Source: Raillietiella orientalis (Eukaryota). Taken from it: a stretch of DNA of 64,000 bases. The stretch lies in assembly GCA_036172245.1 (NCBI GenBank), contig JAYWIR010000110.1:1-64000 (forward strand). Direction: 5' to 3'. Positions 1 through 10,739 of the stretch are shown here, piece after piece. Made by a program: the position numbers and the translations under genes. Below the pieces are notes generated by a model, which was not told the DNA's origin, searched no databases, and saw only the letters and a list, made by a program, of their open reading frames with translations. Each line of letters begins with the position of its first letter. The first letter of the stretch is position 1.

Positions 1-1690
1 AAGTAAGATAATATACACATAGGATTCAACAATTTTGAACACATGCATTCCTCGTGCGCTTGCGTTTCCGAAAGCACCGTCATTCACCCAATACTTGAAA
101 AATTTTTTCTACATTCAATTCAGACGTAAGAATTCGGAAGGCCAAATGGGAAGGGTTTTAGAAACTCGTTTTACGACTGTCCCTTTTTTCTCCTTATTGC
201 CACAGATTCTCCACAATACTGGCAAGTTGAAACAGTGTATAGATTCTCTGGCTTCATAGACATCCTCTTTACATGTTCCCATATATGGCTTTTTATAAAC
301 ACCAATACAATTTAATGGAAGTAATTTGCACGTATCTTCTTTGTTTCTAAACTTCCTTTACCTGTTATACATTTGCTCATCATACTAAGTTGGTTGAGAA
401 AATGTAAATTCTTTCTTACGGGCACATGGATTGCTAATGAGCTCGAGTGGAATTGCGTCGACGCTGCCTATTGTGGTGTCGTCATGGAAAGGTTTTCAAA
501 GGTCGTAACTAACACTGCTGCAAGGAAGATGATCCCTCAGAAAACAAGCTCGTTTCTAGAGCAGAGCGTATCCTACCACAACTTTAGTACATCCCGATTG
601 CAGATCCTCCGCAGTTCAGGAAAGCCATTTCTGTGCGATCGAAAAGAGGTATCTAGCCTCCAGTTTTGCCACGCCGCAAAGTGAATTGCAGAATCGAGAT
701 TTCGGGAGCCAAATATAAATTTTGGATTTGGTTGCCTTAGGCATTGCGATCCGTGCAGTCCCACGCTACAGAAATCTGCTGACTGTGTGGCCAGATTGGT
801 GAAAGTGGTGATGCTCTTCCTTGCCCTGTTACCCACTGGGATGTCACTCAATTTGGTGTGCATACGAGGTAGGAAACATTCGTTTATTTCTATCCCGATG
901 TGGCCGCTTCTTCTCCTCTTCCCTAGCTTTTTTCTCTGCCCCATGGCAACGACGTGGTGCTCGTAAGGATCGTTGGCTTGCAAGTAGCGAAAGTGCATTT
1001 TCCGCGCTTGCTTGCTACCTACGTGCTGCGGTCGCGGACTGCTTCCGTAATAAAATCGAGAATGGCGCAGAGACAAGTCCTTTTGCGGAAAGTAGTGAGA
1101 GAGCAAATCTTTTTCATCCATGCTAGTTGCAGAAAATGAGCTACGGATACCAAGATTCTTATTTTCACAACATTCTTTTATTGTGTAACTTGAAAATGAT
1201 GCAACCTATTACTTGCAGGAATATTATGCATACACCATATGTTTTATCATTTGCCTTTTGAAAGCTGTTCGTGGCTGGGACGTGTTGTATATAGTTGAGC
1301 ATCATTTGAAGCAAAATCATAGGAAGATGTCTGCCTGTGTTTCCGGATTCACTATATTGGTAGGGGGTTTCGTAGGAGACCAAAACTTTTCTTACATACG
1401 CCCATCAAACATGTGGCGAATGTTAAGAAACTTCTTTGGTAGATGATAGTTTTCCAAAGTAGATGAGCGGATTAAACCTTTAGTTTGAAATGGTAAAGCT
1501 GTACAGCTTCCAACGCGGCCTAGCACGATAATGAATTTCATTTAAGCAGGAGTCACGTTTTCGGTTTGTGCGTATGCACATTTATCAGCTCAATCTTTCG
1601 AGGAACTCGTGGCCGCTTACTTTCGAGAGGAACACCTCCATTTTCCTGGTTCGCTTGGGGCAAGCGGATCAAATCCTTCCTCTCTTAACT
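1..1690 (+). pseudogene. Degenerate Maverick/Polinton protein-primed DNA polymerase B, polymerase half
   Basis: Ordered decayed motifs: KIIYT*DSTIL (~YxDFTSLYP), LLPQILHNTGKL (~PVLPxRxxGKL), LTGTWIANEL (~LTGTWxTxEL), SSGKPFLCDRKE (~SSGxPxxCxxxE), FAESSERANLF..SYGYQDS (~FTTxxARLxLY..YxDTDS), GFVGDQNFSY (~FVSGGPKNYxY); many stops and frameshifts. Confidence 0.72.
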
Positions 1691-1905
1691 CTCAACATTG
1701 AAGGTTGTTGCTTTCGTAACGGCGTCGATAGGAAACTAGACAAACAGCCTGGGCGATGCTTGAATCGAAGACAAGCTACTGCTGAGCGGCGGCGGGAATC
1801 CTTGAGGTGTTCCTTCTGAACTGAAACTGAAGTGGCACACTTCTTAAGAAACTAATGTTCGGTGGAAATCCTTATTTTAATTTCCATTCTTGACATGTTT
1901 ATTTT

Positions 1906-2700
1906 GTGCGTATACGAATGGAAATACCAGAGATTGAGACATTCATCACACTTGACGGAGCATCCAAAAATTTTAAACTTTCGATTCGTTTCTACAAAAG
2001 CATGGAAAAGTCCATTCTCGAGACAGGTGTATGTATTCTTAATGCGTCGCTTGTTCTGTGTTCCTTGAAAGATACTGAAACCAATAGGTTCACACATCTC
2101 GAAGCATGGGAATGTCCGTGCGCAATGGAAACGGTGCACAGCAATAGTTTCCGGTACAGGGAAGAGCTCATTTCCGTTTCAGTTTTCCCCGTGGGATACG
2201 CACAGCTCTCAGGAATAAAAGGATTCACAGTCTCTGGAAACGATGTCGTGTAGAAGTCGATTTGTCAGCAACTGCTGCTCGCGCCTCGAAGAGCATGCTA
2301 GTTGCGAGGAGAATTGCGGTCGGCTGGCAACATCGGACCTGTGAGGAAGTGCGGCCAGGCGGCCCGAGAAATGCTGGAGTGCAACGGTGATGGAAGCGTT
2401 GGCTCGCCCGCTCAGAGTTCCCTGGTGCGCCATGCAGTGTACACAAAGGTCTCCGTCTGCAGAAGTTTCGCATTTCGGCACGGCACGCCTCGCGCCCGTA
2501 CCAATCTTAAGAGCCATGCGAAAGCGGCTGTAGGGTGAGTGGCACAGCGATCTCTTCGTTGTTTATTCTCGTTTTTTCGTCCCTACGTCACACAGCGGTT
2601 CTCATCGACACGAATCCCGTTTATCCCAAAGTGTCAACACGTACCTGCAGAGGCCCCAACGCTCTCCACGAATATCTCATGGTGGTATGCCATCTAGAAC
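1906..2700 (+). pseudogene. Degenerate Maverick minor capsid (penton/PX), internally deleted
   Basis: FITLDGAS (~FYITLPSNAS), LEAWEC (~LxGxWEV), ISSLFI (~SLYVY); lies after pPolB. Confidence 0.45.
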
Positions 2701-4147
2701 GCACGTCTTCTGCACGGTTGAATGCTTTCTTTAATGCTCTCTCCGAATCAAATCATTTCTCTCCATCCGTTGTCATCATGAATACTTTCTAATCTCGCTT
2801 CTAATTTCTCCGAAACCTTTGTTGTTCTTTTTTGTGCACATGAGGAACGATCGTCACCGTCGGAGACAGCGCTTTCCGTCGTGATCAAGCAAACGAGGAA
2901 CAGGTTGGCAGCAGGTTCGCATCCGACAAAGGAAGAGATTGAAGAGCACACTGTCGTGCTGCATGTGTCAACGCAGTTCGCGTCCTTCGAGAATAAGCGT
3001 CGATAAGCTACTGTCTTACACATCCCATATCATCATGTTGAATGTTATGGAATGGAGTGGATCTCTTGAAAAAGAGTCGACCTCGTGGTTGTTGCGTTTT
3101 CGCTGAGATCTTCCGGATCCGGCGAGCTTTCAAATGTTTACTTGCATGCACCATCGTCGTTGAACAGCAATGCAAGTCGATCGTCTTTCCTGAAGGTTGG
3201 ATTAACTCGAGAGGAATGTCTACTGCTGAACGAATCTCTATCTGATTTTTTTCCTAGATAGTAAAAGCATTTATGGAGACTACATTTTAAATGTGGCCAC
3301 AACGACACAGCAGATTCATATAGGTTCATCGATATGCAGATGTCGATGTATGGGGAAGGTTTTCGGCGAGCTATCGTTTTCTGTCACGGAGCACTGACAC
3401 GCTGCATTCAGGCAGCCAATTCATTATTTATTACGAATTTCTTCCCACTTTCGTGCCAACAAGACTGTACTTGATTTTCCGCTGTCGGAGAATGTATGAA
3501 CAAAGCCGCGGATTCATTTCACTCTTCATGGTCAGATATTCCTTGCAATATGCTGTCCTGTATACGTCTAGGTAATGTAGCTGCGGTACATTTCTGCAGC
3601 GGAATGCCTCTGTTGGAGTTTCTGTCTTCCATGGTATTCCAACATCCTTCCTAAAAATGCACGTGTTCGTTCCCAGGAAAGGTGTACCCTCGTGCACCTA
3701 CGGTCAATTCACAGAGCTTTACATTTCGTTTATCATACTGAAGATCAACTCTTGCACGCTCTGCAAAGAAGATATCTTGCTAATTTTGACTTCCAGCAAT
3801 AGAATTTCGGACTGTCTCGCAAGTACTTTCAGGTTCTGAAGGTAATTGCGGAATAAAACAGAACCGTGGAATTTCAATTTTATCCTGGAGAAGGTGAGCA
3901 GTCAAGAGATTGTGATCTTCATGGTATAGTAAGGGTTTTGACGAAGCGAGGAATCCTTCCGCAATGACAATAATCACACACAAAGGAAACCTTCATTTCA
4001 CCCTAAAATTCTACGTGGTCGAGGGATTTGAAACCACGGTGCTCCTCACGATTCAAGTGCTTTTGCTGATTAAGGAGAAGAAGAATTGTTTTGCTATTTC
4101 TTAACACAACACTGCCAAATCTTCGTTTCCTCTTCTACGTAGGATAT

Positions 4148-7023
4148 TTCTCACTGTGGCTCGCCGGGGCGTTTATTTCATATGAATACAACATTAATAA
4201 ATATATAAAATAAACCAGTTGGGGACCATGCCCACAACCGACGAAGGCACAAGTATCAATAGAACATTGCTAGCACGCAGGCCGAATTACACAGAACGGT
4301 TTGTGGGAACTGGAAAAACAAAGCAACAAAAACAAAAGTAATCCACGGGGGACGCGGGCACCAGGGTCTTTGGGATCGCACTGGTTCTGTCCGAGATAAT
4401 AGTTATGGCACCGGGTTTTTAGCAGAGTGAGCGGGGAAGGGGTATGTGTGGGATTCAGGTCGTAGTGGTCACCGGATTAAACCGTTCTCAAAAGTCTGTA
4501 ATGAGACTAGCTGGCAGCGTTTTCCATGGATTCTGCTGCAATCCGGTGAGCCTTCCTTCGCTGGGCTGACAACTTTAGGGCGTAGCGGGCCTTCAGGATG
4601 GCGCGAATGCAACACATACTTGCTTCAATCGCGCCTACCAAAAATCCATTCCTCCTGAAGAAGCACCGCAGCACATCAATGGCAGTGCCTCCCTGCGGCA
4701 GGATGGCTGCAATCAGCCTTCGCCACAGTTCACGAAGGTCACCTCAGTCCATCAAGAGGTGCGGAAAAGGCTCGATCTCATCGCACCTCAAACAGTTTGG
4801 TGTAGCACCTTCCCCGGAAACGGTGCTTCGCTGCCGATTACAGTGGAAGCCCCAGTGTAAAAAGAGCAGCACGTCTTGTTTCCACATTAAGGGGAACACG
4901 GAGCTGTCCAAATATACGGTGGAGACCACTATCTCTTCGGAGGGTACACTGAAATGTTGCTCCACCGAAGCAGGCGCATCGCTTGATTACGAGGAGTGGC
5001 GGTTTCCACCAGTTCCTTTGTCGTCCAGCAGCCGAGGAGCTTACTTACTCCCGCTATTGAGCAGGAGAACACCCATTTCGCCGTTAGGCTACTGTCGTTG
5101 CTTGCTCTGAGGGCAGACAGCGCTGCGGCGAACGGTGTGGCGGCCAGACGATCCGACATCTTGTCCTGCATGACTTCGTCCATTGGATGAGTGAGGAGAA
5201 GTCGCAGGTGCCGAAGATCGTTCGGGCGCGATCCTTCGGAAGCTGCCCACGATGGAAACGATTCCTGCCGCCATGCAATAATGTTCATAAGGCGGCAGAA
5301 GGTTTAACATTGGGCTTTCAGCAGTGAGGACAGCTGCCTCAGCGGGAAGGCAAACCCTATTCTGGTCTGCCGAAAGTGGGGCAGGAACGAAAGCAGTCCC
5401 TCGCTTCCCGTGTAGCGCCTTAGTATAAGTCGTGCAAGTTAGCATCACTGCGTAAACCACAGCTTGGTACAGAGACGCAGCATTCGAAAATGCACCTGCA
5501 GCTCGATGGTTTTTCAGTCTAGGATGCCCAAGCCTGCATCCTGACGCGGCCCCACCAAGTCGTTAAGTCTAACACGCCATCTTGCAGCGCTCCACAACGT
5601 TTTGCGTATAAGGCGCTGCGCCCAGACTTTGACTTCTTGGGAGGATGGACAAACATATAAACAAGGGGCGAAGGAGGGGGACAACGAAAGTGTTCCATAT
5701 GCTGGCGCGTTCCGGCAAGACGAACTCTCCTCCTGAGAACGGACCAAGTGCACGCTCTGCTTTCCGAAGGCAGTAAGGCTACACTTCTGAGATGCAGAAG
5801 TCGCCCAATGGCACGCCAAGGTTCCTTAGGTACCTGCCTGTGGGGATCCCCAGGCGCATTCAGTCGTACTGCCCCTCCCACGTCGCTCCAACCGGAACAT
5901 CCATGCTCTTGCTAATCTTGACGCTCACGCCCGCACCGCGACGGATCAACTCAAAGAAATCGTCAAGCGACGCCGCCGGGGTGGACTGGGACTGTAGTGT
6001 GAATGTTTTTGTAGAAAAATTTTGAAAAACAAATTTACCCCACCCCTTGTGGGACTTGGGGAAACTTGCCGAGTCGGAGAAGGGGCGGATGCATGCAGTG
6101 TGTTTTTGCGCAGCACGCCGCGGCTTGGTACAAGTTTCGTAGCCGCCGAAGAGGCCCCTACGTTGCATTGGGGGTTTGCCGGTTTGGGAAGGCACAGCGG
6201 GTTGGAGCTGGAAGTCTCCGCCCTGTGGCGATCTTCTTGCTCACCTACCTTTCCTACCGAGGTTTTTCGGGTATTTCCCGGTTGCTGGATTGGAGTGGTG
6301 TTTCCCAGTACGGCAGCGAGGGCGGGCACGGCACGCGTCGAACCCTCGCGCAACTGTTTAATTGGCTTCCCCGCCGCGATTTCTCCCTTTTATGGCGTTG
6401 CGAGCGGGGACGCCTTTTGTATTGCTGCGTATTGCTTGGCGCTTTTGCCAAGACTCCGCGGACACTGCTTTCTGTTGGGGGCAGCGGCCTATCGTGCGTT
6501 GGTCTCTTGAACGCGACGAACTTCCGCTGCTGCATTTTTCTGTGCAAGGACCTGTTACCTTTTTATTTCGTGCCCGCTTCCTTTGCAATAGCGACATTCC
6601 GAGGTGGCACATTCGTTCATTCGGTGTCCCTCCTTGGCGCACTGCTCGCACGCGCGTTTCTGCCCTATGAACCACAGGTGAACGACCGTGGTTCATAGGG
6701 CCTTATAACGGTGTGGGGGCATGTAGCTGGATGCCACATAAACCTGCAACTTCGCATCGCAGGGTCCTGCTCCCTTGGAGGTGACGGCGGCGTAGTACCT
6801 CACCGAAGGCGAGGAAACCGTCACGGAGGATGCGGCCGCTTCCATTCCAATTGAATTGGATTCAACGGCTGTCTCCTCCACACCATTCTTAGAGGTGGCC
6901 ATGCTGCACAACGCTGCTTGGTCTACTTCCAAGAAACACACAAGTGCAAGCGAAAACGCACGCACAAAGAGGCTCGATAGCGGACGCGGAAAGACGCGAA
7001 AACACGTCTGCACTGTACGAGCG
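4148..7023 (-). mobile_element. Tx1/L1-clade non-LTR retrotransposon, internally deleted (lacks APE and most of RT; extra ORF1 deletion)
   Basis: Absent from units 2, 4 and 5; degenerate 8-bp TSD TAGGATAT (4140-4147) / CAGGAGAT (7024-7031); minus-strand AATAAA at 4172-4177; RT end GVSVKISKS..LGVPLG, AGLGILD, and zf-RVT CLRCDEIEPFPHLLMD. Confidence 0.88.
6030..6902 (-). pseudogene. LINE ORF1 with 418-bp internal deletion
   Basis: Aligns to 35440-36719 without 36100-36517. Confidence 0.8.
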
Positions 7024-7124
7024 CAGGAGATCGGTGTCATCAACTTGTAAGTTATCTATTTCTACTTGTATCCTACGAGATTCAACGTGCGGCAGAAGTC
7101 CATTCACATCTGAAAGGCAGCGAT

Positions 7125-7480
7125 GATACATATGTACATATATATAAATATCTATGTACAAATGCATATGAATATGTATAATTATATTTAACATCTTTAA
7201 TTATACATACATGTTCTATATAATGTAAGAAAAAAATATTTAAGTACATAAATTATTCATTATAATAAAATATTAATTTCATACCTGAGATATAATGTAA
7301 TAGTTATATTAGGTTTTCAGAGTAAACAGAATATTCTTTGATTTATAGTTTACTCCAAATGTTTTATATAACAATCATTTATTGTTATTATTATAAAATA
7401 TATTATCCTCAGTTAGTATGATAAAACTAATTCCTAAAATATTTTTAATTTTAAAAAAAATGAATTCAGATTCATTTTTC
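7125..7480. promoter_or_regulatory. Mitochondrial A+T-rich control-region fragment within the NUMT
   Basis: TA-rich repeats; perfect hairpin AAAAATGAAT-TCAG-ATTCATTTTT at 7456-7479, present in all five copies. Confidence 0.65.
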
Positions 7481-7484
7481 ATAA

Positions 7485-7537
7485 AAAGAAATAGTTTAAT
7501 GAATATTTTGTTTACATCAAAAAGGAAAATTTCTTTA
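7485..7537 (+). tRNA. trnV: mt-tRNA-Val(UAC), T-arm-less, NUMT copy
   Basis: Acceptor AAAGAAA/TTTCTTT; anticodon arm TTTTG-TTTACAT-CAAAA; TV-replacement loop. Confidence 0.75.
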
Positions 7538-7559
7538 TTTATACTAATATGACCGAAAT

Positions 7560-8264
7560 TAAATTTAGGATTGAATTATGCTTTACGTTAAAGGCTATTA
7601 GTAATAATTTTTGCATGAGGTTTAGTGTTAATTCGAATAATAAGGTATATATAAATTTTAAAAGCAGATACATAGTATTTAATTTTAATTATAAAAAGGA
7701 TTTGAATTAGTAATGATTTAATGTTTTATGAATATACGTGCGAGCAATAGCGGTTAAACGTGAAAGTTAAATTAACATTAATGTTTTATTAATTTAATAT
7801 GAGAATTTTGGTTCGATAGGAGGTTATTGGTTTTAGATGAGCTATTATTAATGAAGTAGAATTAGGTACTCTAATATAAATAGTGGATATTAAAAAATAG
7901 GGAAGGGCACATATATGAATTGGTTGTAATGAGTAGTATTAGAGGAGTTTGCTTAGTATACGATAATCCGCGAGGAACTTACTTTTTTTAGTGTTTGTAT
8001 ACCGTTGATTCGATTATTTAAGAGTAATTAATTTTCTAAATAGATTGTAATTAAGAGTTCTAATCAAGATGCAGCATAAAAAAGAAGGATTTGTGTACTA
8101 CGTTATCTTAAATTTGGATCTGTTGAATTGAAATAGGATTTAATTGTAAATTTGTTTAAGAAGAGCAAGTTGAATTTAACAGTCATTAAATACAAATCGC
8201 CCGTCGCTCTGATATAATATGAGATAAGTCTTAACATAGTAGATGTACCGGAAGATGTATCTAG
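7560..8264 (+). rRNA. rrnS: Mitochondrial 12S rRNA, NUMT pseudogene (5' end approximate)
   Basis: GTGC(C/G)AGCAATAGCGGTTA, AAATCGCCCGTCGCTC, AAGTC(G)TAACATAGTAGATGTACCGGAAG. Confidence 0.92.
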
Positions 8265-8269
8265 GCAAA

Positions 8270-9440
8270 TGGGTTATTTACTATTAGAAGTAAAGAGTGG
8301 CTTGATGTTGATAATTATTTAAAATTTCGTTAAGTTTGAGTATGAGATTATTAGTAAGAAATTTTATTTTATAATGATAGTGAAATGTACTGAATACGAC
8401 TGTCAATTAATAGTGATCAAGTATTAAAATTAATTACCTTTTGTATCAGAGTGGAATCAATTGAAAATTTATATTTAATGTTTGAATGTTAATGAGTTAA
8501 ATAAAATGATTGTTGTATGTAACAAAATATAGCGGAATTTTATTTAGGGGTGATATGCTGACAAATTAATAGTTCTAATTATTAGTAAGTAAAAATTGGG
8601 GATAAACTTAATTTATTTATAAATATAATAATAGGTATAAATTAGGAGCATTGAAGTAGCTATTACAAAGTTTTAATACTAAGTTAATGTTGATTTTTAA
8701 AGTAGTATGGTAATGTAATGTAATTATTAATAACTTATGTGAAATACTGTTTCAATTGGTAACATCTTAGGTAAGATTAAATTGTGAAGTGGGAATATTA
8801 TAAGGAATTCGGCAAAAATTTGTTTCAACTATTTCTTAAAAACATTTCCTTATGAATAATGTAAGGTATACACTGCCCGGTGTATAATAAACGGCTGCAG
8901 TATATTGACTTTACTAAGGTAGCATACTAGTTAGTTATTTCATTGATAACCTGAATGAAAGATTGTATTAAGCAAGACTGTCTTATTTTGTGTATTTGAA
9001 TTTATTGTTATAGTGAAAAATCTATACTGAATTTAGGGGACGAGAAGACCCTTCAGAACTACTGTCTCTGAATAGATTGAAAATGTGGTAGTGAAATGAG
9101 ATTTTGATGAGATGTTATCTGGGGCGGATAATGAAGAATTTATCTTCATGATTCAAAATTTATATATTAAGTAATATTGATCTTGAAATGAAGAAAAAGT
9201 TACCTAAGGCTTAAAAGCGTAATTTTCATGGAGAGTTCTAATTGATATGAAATTTTGCGACCTGGATGTTGAATTAGGCATCTATAAGACGAAGAAGGTA
9301 TATAGCAGCAGTCTGTTCGACTGAAATTCCTACATGATTTGAATTTAGATCGGCGTAACCCAGATTGGTTTACATCTTTAAATTATAACGTGTTTTGTTA
9401 GTACGAAAGAATTGGAAAGTTAAAATATTTTTTGGGTAAA
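8270..9440 (+). rRNA. rrnL: Mitochondrial 16S rRNA, NUMT pseudogene (ends approximate)
   Basis: TACCTTTTGTATCAG, AAGGAATTCGGCAAA, TAAGGTAGCATA, GACGAGAAGACCCT, TGCGACCT..ATGTTGAATT, GTCTGTTCGACT, TAGTACGAAAG. Confidence 0.93.
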
Positions 9441-9542
9441 GGAAAATTTTAATATTCATGATTTAAAGAATTCTTTGAGTAGTTAGACTTTCTTAGAAAT
9501 AATCATTGGAAATTTCAGATATTTTGAAAGTTGAACGTGTTA

Positions 9543-10400
9543 ATGATCATTCAGAGAATATTTGCGATGTTACTGGTATTGGTTAGTGTGTCTTTCGTGA
9601 CTTTGGTTGAGCCTAAGGTTTTAGGAGTACAATGACTCGAGAGGCCGGGTAAAGTAGGGGTTGGTATTTTTCAGCCTATTGTTGATGGTTAAAACTGTTG
9701 AATAAGGAACATTATGATGTAATGGGTAGAAATAGAGTTGGTTATAAGTTGGGTCCGTTGATTATGGAGTCAGTGATGGTAGGAATGTGAGTGATTTATC
9801 CTAGAAGTCTGGGATTGGTGGGGGAAATCATAGGTTTACTGTTGTTTGTGTGTTATTTAGCAGTTAGGATATGTGGAGAATTAATGGGTGGCTGAGCTAG
9901 TAATAGGAAATATAGGTATGTTGCTGTGGTGCGTTCAGTAGCTCAGATGATTTCTTATGAAGTATGTATGATTGTTGTATTAATGGGTATAGTAGTATAT
10001 TTGGGTGGATATGAATTAGATGTGGAGGTAGAGAGCTGGTTAGTGTTTTGTAGGGCGGGTGGATTAATTGTATGGATTGTTGTATGTTTAGTAGAAGTTA
10101 ATCTTTTACCGTATGATTTTCTGGAAAGTGAATCTGAGTTGGTGTCTGGATATAATGCAAAGTATGGTGGTATATTGTTTGCTTTTTTTATTTTTGTCGG
10201 AATATGGATTTATCGTTTATTGAAGTTTGAATACGAGTAGTTTATTTTTAGGAGGTTGTTATATGGTGAGAATCAAAACTTTATTTGTAATGTATGTGAT
10301 TATTTGATTCCGATGGGTATTGCCTCGTTATTGTTATGATAAGTAGATATATCTGTGTTGGGGTGTTTTATTATATTGTGTGTTTTATTTCTTATTGTCG
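9543..10400 (+). pseudogene. nad1: NADH dehydrogenase subunit 1, NUMT pseudogene
   Basis: FVTLVE.KVLG, GKVG, FQPIVDG, GWASN, RSVAQMISYE, PYDFLESESELVSGYN, LPR..YDK; stops and frameshifts. Confidence 0.96.
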
Positions 10401-10535
10401 GGAGGGAAAGTAGCGATGGGAAGAATGAATGGGTATGATTTGATGGAAAGAATGGGGGGGTATATGATGTCAAAAATTTGTTTATGAGAATAGTAATTTT
10501 GGGTGTTGAAGGATTATGTCTTGATGAAAGGTTAT

Positions 10536-10591
10536 TGCATTTTATTTTTTTTTGATTTACAAAATCAATGTTTCAATTAAACTATGGAGGC
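10536..10591 (-). tRNA. trnT: mt-tRNA-Thr(UGU), T-arm-less, NUMT copy
   Basis: Minus strand TAGTTTAATTGAAACA-TTGAT-TTTGTAA-ATCAA; cross-copy consensus acceptor GCATTCA/TGAATGC. Confidence 0.72.
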
Positions 10592-10594
10592 TGG

Positions 10595-10735
10595 GATTAT
10601 GGATAGAGAATAATGGAGAGAGATAATGATTAAGTGGCTGATGCTTTTTGTTCATGGGTACCTTGGCTGTTGGGTATTTTCGAGTTCTTGATGTGCAAAG
10701 GATGAAGAATGAGGATTTTGACAATGGTAATCCTT
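10595..10735 (-). pseudogene. Possible 3' end of cytochrome b (NUMT), very degenerate
   Basis: FFILCT...KNP...P...Q...YLSLLF (clearest in the 52295-52435 copy) loosely resembles cytb FILLTWIGxNPVExP..GQ..YF; the position fits. Confidence 0.3.
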
Positions 10736-10739
10736 CCCC

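Larger units (their letters stand above)
3040..7120 (+). pseudogene. Degenerate Maverick major capsid protein, interrupted by the LINE (4148-7023) and truncated by the NUMT
   Basis: Paralogous to the uninterrupted copy at 19245-20445. Confidence 0.55.
7125..10735 (+). other. NUMT copy 1: control region-trnV-rrnS-rrnL-nad1-trnT(-)-probable cytb end(-)
   Basis: Abrupt switch to AT-rich, G/T-skewed sequence; rRNA and nad1 motifs; nad1 stops and frameshifts even in the invertebrate mitochondrial code; nuclear TE flanks. Confidence 0.95.

Noticed and set aside
573..1121. 182-aa minus-strand ORF and most other 60-200 aa ORFs in the track
   Set aside because: Antisense or off-frame shadows of decayed elements; not kept open across both lineages; recurrence only reflects the repeat
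6022..6698. 162-aa and 210-aa plus-strand ORFs
   Set aside because: Antisense to GC-rich LINE ORF1
6889..7194. MLNIIIHIHMHLY... ORF
   Set aside because: Translation of TA-rich control-region sequence across the NUMT/capsid/LINE junctions
9440..9542. trnL or other tRNA between rrnL and nad1
   Set aside because: Expected by position, but I could not fold a convincing cloverleaf; needs MiTFi
7125..10735. Genuine mitochondrial genome or functional rRNA/nad1
   Set aside because: Stops and frameshifts in nad1, substitutions in universally conserved rRNA motifs, five diverged copies, nuclear TE flanks
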